Positions 1-6,871 of a stretch of 15,204 bases of DNA are shown piece by piece (position 1 is the stretch's first letter; each line of letters opens with the position of its first letter). Position numbers and translations under genes: made by a program. The stretch is from contig CAZTOS010000056.1 of NCBI GenBank assembly GCA_964615185.1, positions 1 through 15,204 on the forward strand, written 5' to 3'. Below the pieces are notes generated by a model, which worked only from the letters and a program-made list of their open reading frames with translations, did not search any database and was not told where the DNA came from. Origin of the DNA: an uncultured Thermococci archaeon. GTDB taxonomy: Archaea > Methanobacteriota_B > Thermococci > Thermococcales > Thermococcaceae.

Positions 1-43
1 AGTGTTTGGAAATTTGGCTTTTGAGCAGGAAAGCAAGGGGAGG

Positions 44-50
44 TTTAAAT
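44..50 (+). promoter_or_regulatory. Probable archaeal TATA box (TTTAAAT) for the RHH-tnpB operon
   Basis: TTTAAAT at 44-50 after a purine-rich stretch, about 33 nt upstream of GTG83. An RBS-like GGTGGGAG lies at 74-81. Confidence 0.5.
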
Positions 51-82
51 GCTTGTATGTCTTAATATTTAATGGTGGGAGT

Positions 83-238
83 GTGGGGGTCATAACTGTC
101 TCTGTGGATGATGAGGTTGAGAAAAAGTTCAGAGAACTCGTGGCAGAGAAGTATGGGCGGATTAGGGGAGCACTGGGAGTTGCGGTAACTGAGGCCATGA
201 AACTCTGGATTGAAAAAGTTGAGCGGGAAAGAAAATGA
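83..238 (+). CDS. Small ribbon-helix-helix (CopG/Arc/MetJ-like) DNA-binding protein, 51 aa
   Basis: From GTG83: MGVITVSVDDEVEKKFRELVAEKYGRIRGALGVAVTEAMKLWIE. Alternating beta strand (ITVSV) followed by two helices. The stop overlaps the tnpB start (ATGA 235-238). The ORF-track start at 2 is probably too long. Confidence 0.75.
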   Translation: MGVITVSVDDEVEKKFRELVAEKYGRIRGALGVAVTEAMKLWIEKVERERK

Positions 239-1509
239 AGCGTTCCATAACAGTAAAACTCCAGCCCTCAAAAGCCCAAGAGAAAATCCTCTTCGAATTA
301 GCCCAAGCCACAGTCATAATCTGGAACAAAATCAACTACGAGAGGCTGAAGCAGTTCAAGGAGTTCGGCAAAATAGACTTTAACGGGACGGAAAAAGAGG
401 TTTATTACTGCTTTAAGGACTGGGTTGGCGGCTCAACACTCCAACAATTGGCCAGAAAGAATGCTGAAGCTTGGCGGAGCTTCTTCACCCTGAACAAGAA
501 GAAAAAGGCTGGAGAATTGCCTGAATGGTTTAAGCCCAAGCCACCAAAATTTATCAAAGGAAAGAAACTCTTCACAATTCCACTCAGGAACGACCAATAC
601 AAGATTGACAGGAACGTTATTGAGTTGAGGAGGCTCGGAAAATTCGGCAGGCTGAGGATTCAGTTCAAGGGCAGAATACACTTAAAGGGTAAACAAGGCA
701 GGCTTGAAATTGTTTACGATGATGTTAAACGCAAGTGGTATGCTCACATCAGTTTTAATGTTGAAGAGAGACTATCCAAAAACGGTTGGGTTAAAATTCC
801 AAGACAAGTCTTGGGAAGTTTAACTGCTGGAATTGACCTTGGAGTGAACAATTTGATGGCTGTTTATGTCGAGAACGGTGAAAGTTTCCTCGTGAATGGC
901 AGACCATTAAAAAGCATTGCCTTTTACTGGCAATGTAAAATTGCAGATTATCAGTCAAAAATCAACAAGAGTGGAGCAAAGAAGAGTAGGAAATTAAAGA
1001 GAATGCATGAAAAGGCTAAACTTCAAGCAAGGCATTATATTAACACTGCAGTTAGACAGACCGTTGAAAAACTCTACCAGTTGGGAGTCTCAAAGATTGT
1101 CGTTGGCTATCCAAAGGAAATCGCAAGAAATTCTGACAAGAGCAGGAGGCAGAACTTCATCCTCTCTCACGTCTGGCGTTTTAACACTGTAATAAAACGT
1201 TTAACTGAAGTTGCCGATGAGTATGGTATCAAAGTTATACTCACGGATGAGGCTTTTACTTCCCAGCTTTGCCCTCTCTGCGGCCAACGCCATTCGAATG
1301 GTAGAATCTTTAGAGGTTTGTTTAAGTGCCGCAGAGAGTGTGTTGTAATGAACGCTGATTTAGTTGGAGCGTTCAACATTTTAAGGAAGGCCATAAAAAC
1401 CATAACCCCGAGCCTTCCCGCTTTAGCGGGAGGTAGGGGTAACTGGGGCAAGACCGTCCCAGAGGGGCTGAAGTTAAGTTATGAAGCCCCTCGAACCTCC
1501 CCGCCCTGA
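235..1509 (+). CDS. tnpB: TnpB RNA-guided endonuclease (IS200/IS605/IS607 OrfB family), rearranged RuvC-II type
   Basis: N-terminal 'KRSITVKLQPSKAQEKIL'; RuvC-I GIDLG (D201); RuvC-II position IVVGYP (G291) with a downstream DEAFTS (E339); Zn finger CPLC...CRREC; RuvC-III NADLVGAFNI (D375). Confidence 0.95.
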   Translation: MKRSITVKLQPSKAQEKILFELAQATVIIWNKINYERLKQFKEFGKIDFNGTEKEVYYCFKDWVGGSTLQQLARKNAEAWRSFFTLNKKKKAGELPEWFKPKPPKFIKGKKLFTIPLRNDQYKIDRNVIELRRLGKFGRLRIQFKGRIHLKGKQGRLEIVYDDVKRKWYAHISFNVEERLSKNGWVKIPRQVLGSLTAGIDLGVNNLMAVYVENGESFLVNGRPLKSIAFYWQCKIADYQSKINKSGAKKSRKLKRMHEKAKLQARHYINTAVRQTVEKLYQLGVSKIVVGYPKEIARNSDKSRRQNFILSHVWRFNTVIKRLTEVADEYGIKVILTDEAFTSQLCPLCGQRHSNGRIFRGLFKCRRECVVMNADLVGAFNILRKAIKTITPSLPALAGGRGNWGKTVPEGLKLSYEAPRTSPP

Positions 1510-1582
1510 AGGGCGAGGGTTCCAACGAGTTAACCCCTCGCCAATGACGGGGAGGAGGTCAGATTTTAGACACACTCCATCT
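1405..1582 (+). ncRNA. Predicted TnpB omega-RNA (right-end RNA): scaffold about 1405-1562 plus guide about 1563-1582
   Basis: Stems visible: ACCCC 1405-1409/GGGGT 1436-1440 enclosing CTTCCCGC-TTTA-GCGGGAGG (1414-1433); GAGGGGCT 1462-1469/AGCCCCTC 1485-1492; CCTCCCCG 1496-1503/CGGGGAGG 1548-1555 enclosing GGCGAGGG 1512-1519/CCCTCGCC 1535-1542. It overlaps the tnpB 3' end, as omega-RNAs do. The 5' boundary is a guess. Confidence 0.7.
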
Positions 1583-2099
1583 TTATAAGACGTACCTCGA
1601 TTTTGCGGGTCTAAATACCGACTTCCTATACAGCAAGGATGTGTTCATACTAAAAATTGGAGGACATAAAAAGGTCGGCAATGTTATTTCTGAGATTAGG
1701 CTTACCGATGAGTTTTATATTCACCATGAAAATTATAAAACAGCTTTTGATTCGATACTGAGCCAGAGAAATTTCTTTATAAACATCGTTCTTGGATTTG
1801 ATAGAAGGATGATACTACTCTCTCCCTCATATCAGCGTTATCTATTTCTCCTCACTAAAACACATTATCTTGGAAATAAGAAGAGGACAGCGTTTTATTT
1901 TGTCAATAAGGAGGTACTAAAAAATACACCTCTTGTACTTCCAATTTTGGAGGAAATCTCAACAAGCGTTGTAAAAATAGAAAAAAGAGACAACAATATT
2001 TTACTAACGTTTCTAAAGTCCCCACATTCTTCTCTTATTGAGTCTCAATTTGAATTCAGCATACAAGAGATACTAAATTATTTAAGGGAGGGGAGTTAA
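1563..2099 (+). pseudogene. 5'-truncated DUF257-family gene, interrupted by the tnpB element
   Basis: The frame of ORF 1641..2099 stays open upstream to 1563 and reads ILDTLHLYKTYLDFAGLNTDFLYSKDVFILKIGG, which aligns to IFDMLHICKMQLEYIGVDLNLDDENIFVIKKGG (about aa 49-81) of the downstream paralog. There is an in-frame TGA at 1545-1547 inside the IS end and no native start. Confidence 0.8.
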
Positions 2100-2100
2100 A

Positions 2101-2742
2101 ATGGATGTTTTTGAACTATTTGAGAGCTTTAAACGAGGAGAAACAGTTCTATTCCTATATTCCCCCATTTCCCCCTCATATGTTCTTCTAAAAAGAGTAG
2201 TTGAATACTGTAAAAAGAAAGGTCTTGAGCTTTACATAGTTGATATATTCGATATGCTGCACATATGTAAAATGCAATTAGAGTACATTGGCGTGGATCT
2301 CAATCTTGATGATGAGAATATATTTGTCATTAAGAAAGGGGGCAAGATAAATGTGGGAAGAGTTCTTAGCAGAATCAGCATAGATGAAGACGCTACAATT
2401 CATTTACGAAAATATGCAGACGTCTTTGAAAGCACACTGAAAGAAAAAGAGTTCGTATTAAATGTTGCACTTGGTTTTGATAAGCTCCTTGCATTCTATT
2501 CCGAAAGCCCCAAAGATCTAAAGACAATCTTAATGGCGGTTAAAGATTTTGTAGGAAACAAAAAACGGACAGCTATATACTTCATCAATCAAGAAGTTGT
2601 TGCAAATATAAATAACACTTTGGAATTTTTGGAGGATTCCGCGACTTCTGTGATAAAACTGGAGAAAGACGCAGAGGGATGGTATCTAAGGATTTTAAAG
2701 TCTCCAAAAATAGAGATAGTGGGAACAAAAGTTAGAATTTAA
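2101..2742 (+). CDS. DUF257 family protein (Thermococcales RecA/KaiC-like fold)
   Basis: 'FKRGETVLFLY', 'VIKKGG', 'VGNKKRTAIYFIN', 'ILKSP' motifs. Tandem paralog of the truncated upstream gene. RBS GGAGGGGAG precedes ATG2101. Confidence 0.85.
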   Translation: MDVFELFESFKRGETVLFLYSPISPSYVLLKRVVEYCKKKGLELYIVDIFDMLHICKMQLEYIGVDLNLDDENIFVIKKGGKINVGRVLSRISIDEDATIHLRKYADVFESTLKEKEFVLNVALGFDKLLAFYSESPKDLKTILMAVKDFVGNKKRTAIYFINQEVVANINNTLEFLEDSATSVIKLEKDAEGWYLRILKSPKIEIVGTKVRI

Positions 2743-2996
2743 CCAGCTACACCTCTCACTTTAATGTATAAATTCACAGCACTTTGAAAAGCGGCAAGGG
2801 CGTTCAGCATTAAAAATATCCAATCTCTAATTAGGTAAGAATATATTGTGAGCAGTGTTGATGCTGTTACATAAATGAGTATAAACCTAAAATTCAGAGG
2901 ACATTGCTTCGTCTTTATTGTCTCAATTGTCTGAGGAACCCAAGAGCTCACCAGAAGCAACATCCCCATTAAACCAATGAGCTCTCCTCTCACCAT
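2739..2996 (-). CDS. PQ-loop / SemiSWEET-like three-helix membrane protein
   Basis: 85 aa with three hydrophobic segments and 'SSWVPQTIETIKTK' PQ motif after TM1. GGGGGTGA RBS upstream. Confidence 0.8.
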   Translation of the reverse strand: MVRGELIGLMGMLLLVSSWVPQTIETIKTKQCPLNFRFILIYVTASTLLTIYSYLIRDWIFLMLNALAAFQSAVNLYIKVRGVAG

Positions 2997-3073
2997 CTCA
3001 TTTCACCCCCTTATTTTTAGAGCTTCATAAACCTTTGAAAAAGGGTAAAAAAGCATTGTGAATTTAATCAAAT

Positions 3074-3100
3074 CAAAAAAATAGCGAACAAAAACAAAAA
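3074..3100 (-). terminator. Oligo-T archaeal terminator after the helical-repeat gene
   Basis: Minus strand reads TTTTTGTTTTTGTTCGCTATTTTTTTG just downstream of the stop at 3115. Confidence 0.5.
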
Positions 3101-3114
3101 TTAACAGAATAATG

Positions 3115-3597
3115 TTAATCTTCTCTCTTTTGATTGATTTCTGCAGCTAACCTTGAAGTTGCCCATGTTTTAACGTCATCATCAAGAATATCATTAATCA
3201 GCTTAAGGGCTTCTGGAATTTTTCCTTTCTTTGCAAGGGATATAGCGACTTCTGCCTGGATTTTGGAGCGATTGGAGATATCCTTAATCATCGATGCAAT
3301 TTTAAGAACTTCATCAATTTTGTCAAGATTTAAGAACTCAAAGGCAAGACTCATAAGTGCCTTTGTTATACTATCCTCATTCCCCATTTCAAAAATAGCG
3401 TCAAGTGTCTTTTTTAGAACCTCCTGGTAATTCTCCCCCTTCTTGGCCATTTCAATCGTTATTTTTGAAAATGCTTTTGCTTTTATACCCTTATCAGGTA
3501 TCGTCTCAGCAACTTGGACTGCGGTTTTGAAATCTTGATTACCTATGAGCTTTGAAATAGCTTCATACAGAGCTCTTGATTGATACCATTCCTGCAT
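3115..3597 (-). CDS. Alpha-helical repeat (TPR-like) hypothetical protein
   Basis: Repeated helix-pair units (A..IPD...KAKA; A..IKD...RSK; I..ILD...KTWA). Probable start ATG3597 with GGTG RBS; the ORF track starts at 3609. Confidence 0.7.
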   Translation of the reverse strand: MQEWYQSRALYEAISKLIGNQDFKTAVQVAETIPDKGIKAKAFSKITIEMAKKGENYQEVLKKTLDAIFEMGNEDSITKALMSLAFEFLNLDKIDEVLKIASMIKDISNRSKIQAEVAISLAKKGKIPEALKLINDILDDDVKTWATSRLAAEINQKRED

Positions 3598-3656
3598 CAA
3601 TAACACCACGCTGAAATTTCGCTTTTGATAGATTTAAGCTTTCTCAAAATTAAAGA

Positions 3657-4382
3657 TCAATAGAAGAAGAGAACATAGATACCAAGGATTATCAATGCAG
3701 AACCAGCAATCATTGAGAGTTCTCTTGATCTTTGGACGATTTTCTGAGACAAGCTTTTACTTTCAGTTATGCTCCCAACAGTGAAGAGAATAATCAACAG
3801 TGGCAGAACAAAGATAATGTTGTATAACCCAAGCAGAATCCATGTCAGCGCTTTTCCAATTTTTGAAATGAGAATTGCATAAATCAAATAACTACCAGCA
3901 GAACATGGGAGTAAAGTGAACGATATCATAACACCAAGAGCAAAAGCACCTAAAATACTTGCTTCATGCCTAAAGATGCTCTTCCTAACTTTTTTCTTTC
4001 CAGCAACTCTGGATTTCTCCAGATAACCTGTTATAACAGTATACCCACCAAAGAGTATGGAGATAATACCAGCAATCCATGTAGGAATGCTTTTTGTGAA
4101 AATTACAAGCCCAACCCCCAAGAGATAGTATGAGATATATATCGCAACTACAAATGCCAAGCCTATTGCGTAAATCCTCCTTTTTGAAATGCTTTCCTTA
4201 AGGGAAAGTGCAATTAAGAACATCGTATAAATTACGAAGGTACAGGGGTTTATAGAATCAGAAACCGCTAACGAAATCAAAGGAAAGATCATAGACTGTA
4301 GATGTACTAATGAAAGTACTACAACAGTGAGCCCAAAAGATAGAGAGATAATTAGGAGCAGTGCTTTGATTTCATCCTTCAC
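3657..4382 (-). CDS. ccdA: CcdA/DsbD-type transmembrane thiol-disulfide electron transporter
   Basis: Multi-TM protein with the two PC motifs 'DSINPCTF' (C51) and 'LLPCSAGSY' (C164), ORF numbering. Probable start GTG4382 with GGTGA RBS, overlapping the upstream thioredoxin-fold gene. Confidence 0.8.
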   Translation of the reverse strand: MKDEIKALLLIISLSFGLTVVVLSLVHLQSMIFPLISLAVSDSINPCTFVIYTMFLIALSLKESISKRRIYAIGLAFVVAIYISYYLLGVGLVIFTKSIPTWIAGIISILFGGYTVITGYLEKSRVAGKKKVRKSIFRHEASILGAFALGVMISFTLLPCSAGSYLIYAILISKIGKALTWILLGLYNIIFVLPLLIILFTVGSITESKSLSQKIVQRSRELSMIAGSALIILGIYVLFFY

Positions 4383-4992
4383 TGGGCTCACCATTCATGA
4401 AAATAGCTTCAAGCTTTTTAATTATTTCTGTCTGGTTTGAAGGGATTAGATATACTTTGTCTGTGATGAAAAGAACACCATTCTCTTTCAACGCAGTATT
4501 TACTATTAAAGGAACGTTTTTGGCTGGATCAGGTATTTCTCCCTCAACAATTGCAACTATATGATTATTATAAAATATTCCTATCGCTGGAACTCCAGTA
4601 ATTCCCAGAGTAGCATACAACTCTGAAAAGAGCTGGGTGTTGTGCTTATTTCCCTGAAGCTCATAGTACGTAAATTTGTCCTTCCCAAAAGTCTCTGGTA
4701 ATAACTTTTTCATCCTTCCGCAGTGAGGACAGCCAGCTGCACCGAACATGTAGAAATGGAGTTTTGTGGTATCAATTCCAGTTTGAGCTTGTGTTGAGGT
4801 GGTTTCAGTTGAAGAAGACTCTGAAGACTGAGTATCAGAGGTAGTTGTTAAAACTTGAGTTGTCGAAACAGTTGCTTGAGTATTAGGAGTGGATGTCATC
4901 TGTGTGGATGTTGCTGGATTATTAGAGATGCACATGCTCATAGCTGTGCTTAAAACGAGTACAAGCAGTATTCCAGCCAAAATTCTCTTCAT
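4372..4992 (-). CDS. Exported thioredoxin/glutaredoxin-fold protein (probable lipoprotein) with CPHC active site
   Basis: Signal peptide MKRILAGILLVLVLSTAMSM-C21; Ser/Thr-rich linker of about 50 aa; GCPHCG (C88/C91); 'GVPA' cis-Pro loop; GGTGA RBS. Confidence 0.85.
   Translation of the reverse strand: MKRILAGILLVLVLSTAMSMCISNNPATSTQMTSTPNTQATVSTTQVLTTTSDTQSSESSSTETTSTQAQTGIDTTKLHFYMFGAAGCPHCGRMKKLLPETFGKDKFTYYELQGNKHNTQLFSELYATLGITGVPAIGIFYNNHIVAIVEGEIPDPAKNVPLIVNTALKENGVLFITDKVYLIPSNQTEIIKKLEAIFMNGEPSEG
4765..4914 (-). repeat. Low-complexity Ser/Thr-rich linker coding region
   Basis: ATSTQMTSTPNTQATVSTTQVLTTTSDTQSSESSSTETTSTQAQTGIDTT. Confidence 0.7.
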
Positions 4993-5126
4993 TTAATTCA
5001 CCTTAGCACAGTTATCTAATGAAGACAATTTAAGTATTTGGGTACTGCATATAAAAGCTCATGAATGCATCTTCTTTTACAAAAATCATTAAATAGTCAG
5101 AAAACTTAGAGCTGGTTGGTGATAGG

Positions 5127-5651
5127 ATGAGTGAAGTAGAAAGAGCCCTTCAAACATTTCATTCACTTAAAGTCAAACAAGTAATGCCTCCATTAGCCTC
5201 AATGCCGGTTGTAACAGTTGATTCATCTATCATTAATGTATTAAAACTACTTAAAACCCGACATCATGTATGGGTGGTTAATAACAAGGAGGAGATGAAG
5301 CTTAAGGGGGTGATTAGATACATCAATATTGTGGATGTTCTCCTGCCTCCTGAGCTTCAGAAAGCAAGATTTGGTAACATTAGTCATCTCTTTAAGTCAA
5401 TTCTTGGAGGAGCAGACAGGGCAGGGCATGTAATGGAGCGTAACGTTCTTACGATAAATGAAAATGCAACTGTCCTTGAAGCATTGACAAAGATGAAACG
5501 ATACAAAGTGCCTTTACTGGCAATCATTGACGAAAATGGAAGACTGGTGGGAGAGATAAGCCTCAGAATATTGGTCAACGAATTTATGAGACTGATGCGC
5601 ATAGGTGGTGTCAAATGGAGCCAGAGTGGATTCTCTTCACAATCGGAGTAG
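5127..5651 (+). CDS. CBS-domain (Bateman) protein
   Basis: Two CBS repeats ('VKQVM...HHVWVV...LKGVI' and 'HVMERNVLTI...LAIIDENGRLVGEIS'). GGTGAT RBS. TATA-like ATTAAATA at 5088-5095. Confidence 0.9.
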   Translation: MSEVERALQTFHSLKVKQVMPPLASMPVVTVDSSIINVLKLLKTRHHVWVVNNKEEMKLKGVIRYINIVDVLLPPELQKARFGNISHLFKSILGGADRAGHVMERNVLTINENATVLEALTKMKRYKVPLLAIIDENGRLVGEISLRILVNEFMRLMRIGGVKWSQSGFSSQSE

Positions 5652-6871
5652 CGCTGATTGTGGGAAAGATTGGAGATAACATAGTAGAGCGTTTTGAGCT
5701 TCCCGGTGTTTTGGGAGAAATTTTAATGGGTATGATTCTGGGAAATTTGATATATTTTGGAATTATCAGTCCTGAATACCTTACCCTACATTCAAATGAA
5801 ACCTTTGAGTTTTTAGCAAAGCTTGGTATAATTTTTCTGCTCTTCTTGGGAGGTCTTGATACTGATATAGAGCTCATAAAGAGAACTGGAAAAGTTGCCA
5901 TAGTCTCCACCCTTATGGGAGTATTCACACCTCTAATAATGGGATATCTTGGGCTTAAGTTAATGGGGTATCCTCCCAGAGAAGCCTTTGCTGGTGGTGT
6001 TCTGCTTACAGCAACGAGTATTGGAATCACGGTTAGAGTTATGATGGATCTGGGAGTTTTGAGGAGTGAGGTAGGAGCAGCTTCGCTGAGTGCGAGTGTA
6101 ATGGATGACTTTCTTGGCATAGCTTTGGTGATTTTTGCTGTTGGAACGGGGAGTATTTTGGGATTAATTGGAAAAATGACGGCCTTCTTCATAATTACTG
6201 GTGTTGTTGCTTGGTATTCTATTGATAAATACATACGCTTTTCTGAACGACTCCATGTGGAGAAGGGAGTTCTAGCTATGGTTCTAGCGTTAATGTTTCT
6301 CTTTTCAGCCCTTGCAGAGAAATGGTTTGCTGCTGCGATTGAAGGTGCATTCATGGCAGGTCTTGTTTTATCAAAGCTTCCAGAAGGCAGAAAAATAGCA
6401 GAAGATGTTAAAGCCATTGGATACGGCTTCCTAATTCCGATATTCTTCGTGTACACTGGAGCGATGCTCGATTTGAAAGTGTTTGCAAGCAGAGAGGCAT
6501 TGGCTTTAGCAGTCGTTCTAACGAGCATTGCGGTTATTGGAAAGGTTGTAGGAAGAGGAATCGGAGCAATGATGATGGGATGGGACTTCAAAAAGTCTCT
6601 TCAAATGGGAATAGGTTCAATTCCAAGAACTGAAGTTGCTCTCGTGGATTTGATGGTTGCAATTCATGGAGGTGCAATACCCCAGAGTGATGCACAAAAG
6701 TTTATAGCCGCAACGCTGATTTTCATCACTGTCTCCGTGCTGATAACTCCTCCACTGTTGAAGTGGGCATTTAAGGAAGATGTCGAAAGGAGGAAGAAAG
6801 AGAAAGCAGAAATTAAGAAAGAGAAAGTTAAAGAGACCAAGAAGAAAATTGCAGAGATTAAGCGGAGCTGA
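5615..6871 (+). CDS. CPA2-family cation:proton antiporter (NapA-like Na+/H+ antiporter)
   Basis: About 12-13 TM segments; 'LPGVLGEILMGMILG', 'TATSIGIT', 'VMDD' di-Asp motif, 'IGKVVG', 'PRTEVAL'; charged C-terminal tail. Confidence 0.9.
   Translation: MEPEWILFTIGVALIVGKIGDNIVERFELPGVLGEILMGMILGNLIYFGIISPEYLTLHSNETFEFLAKLGIIFLLFLGGLDTDIELIKRTGKVAIVSTLMGVFTPLIMGYLGLKLMGYPPREAFAGGVLLTATSIGITVRVMMDLGVLRSEVGAASLSASVMDDFLGIALVIFAVGTGSILGLIGKMTAFFIITGVVAWYSIDKYIRFSERLHVEKGVLAMVLALMFLFSALAEKWFAAAIEGAFMAGLVLSKLPEGRKIAEDVKAIGYGFLIPIFFVYTGAMLDLKVFASREALALAVVLTSIAVIGKVVGRGIGAMMMGWDFKKSLQMGIGSIPRTEVALVDLMVAIHGGAIPQSDAQKFIAATLIFITVSVLITPPLLKWAFKEDVERRKKEKAEIKKEKVKETKKKIAEIKRS

Larger units (their letters stand above)
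1..1562 (+). mobile_element. Non-autonomous IS200/IS605 (IS1341-like) element carrying RHH + tnpB; left end not identified, probably upstream of the window
   Basis: tnpB with no tnpA in the window. GC-rich structured right end finishing GGGGAGGAGGTCAG at 1562, followed directly by in-frame DUF257 coding sequence. Confidence 0.75.

Noticed and set aside
235..1509. Cas12f / type V CRISPR effector, or a nuclease-dead TnpB repressor
   Set aside because: No CRISPR array or cas genes in the window, an IS-type right end is present, and the missing RuvC-II Glu is plausibly replaced by E339.
1494..1556. Right-end hairpins as an intrinsic terminator or tRNA-like gene
   Set aside because: No cloverleaf or T-loop signature. 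Position and the GGAGGAGGTCAG end fit an IS right end/omega-RNA better.
1641..2099. 152-aa ORF as a complete gene starting at GTG1641
   Set aside because: Homology to the paralog continues upstream in frame to 1563, so it is a truncated remnant. Internal re-initiation cannot be excluded.
2240..2264. Possible self-target of the TnpB guide in the paralog (TTGAT followed by ATATTCGATATGCTGCACAT)
   Set aside because: Only 12 of 20 positions match the predicted guide, with mismatches at seed positions 3, 6 and 9, so cleavage is unlikely.
5611..6591. 326-aa minus-strand ORF
   Set aside because: Antisense shadow of the antiporter gene, with no recognisable motifs or RBS.
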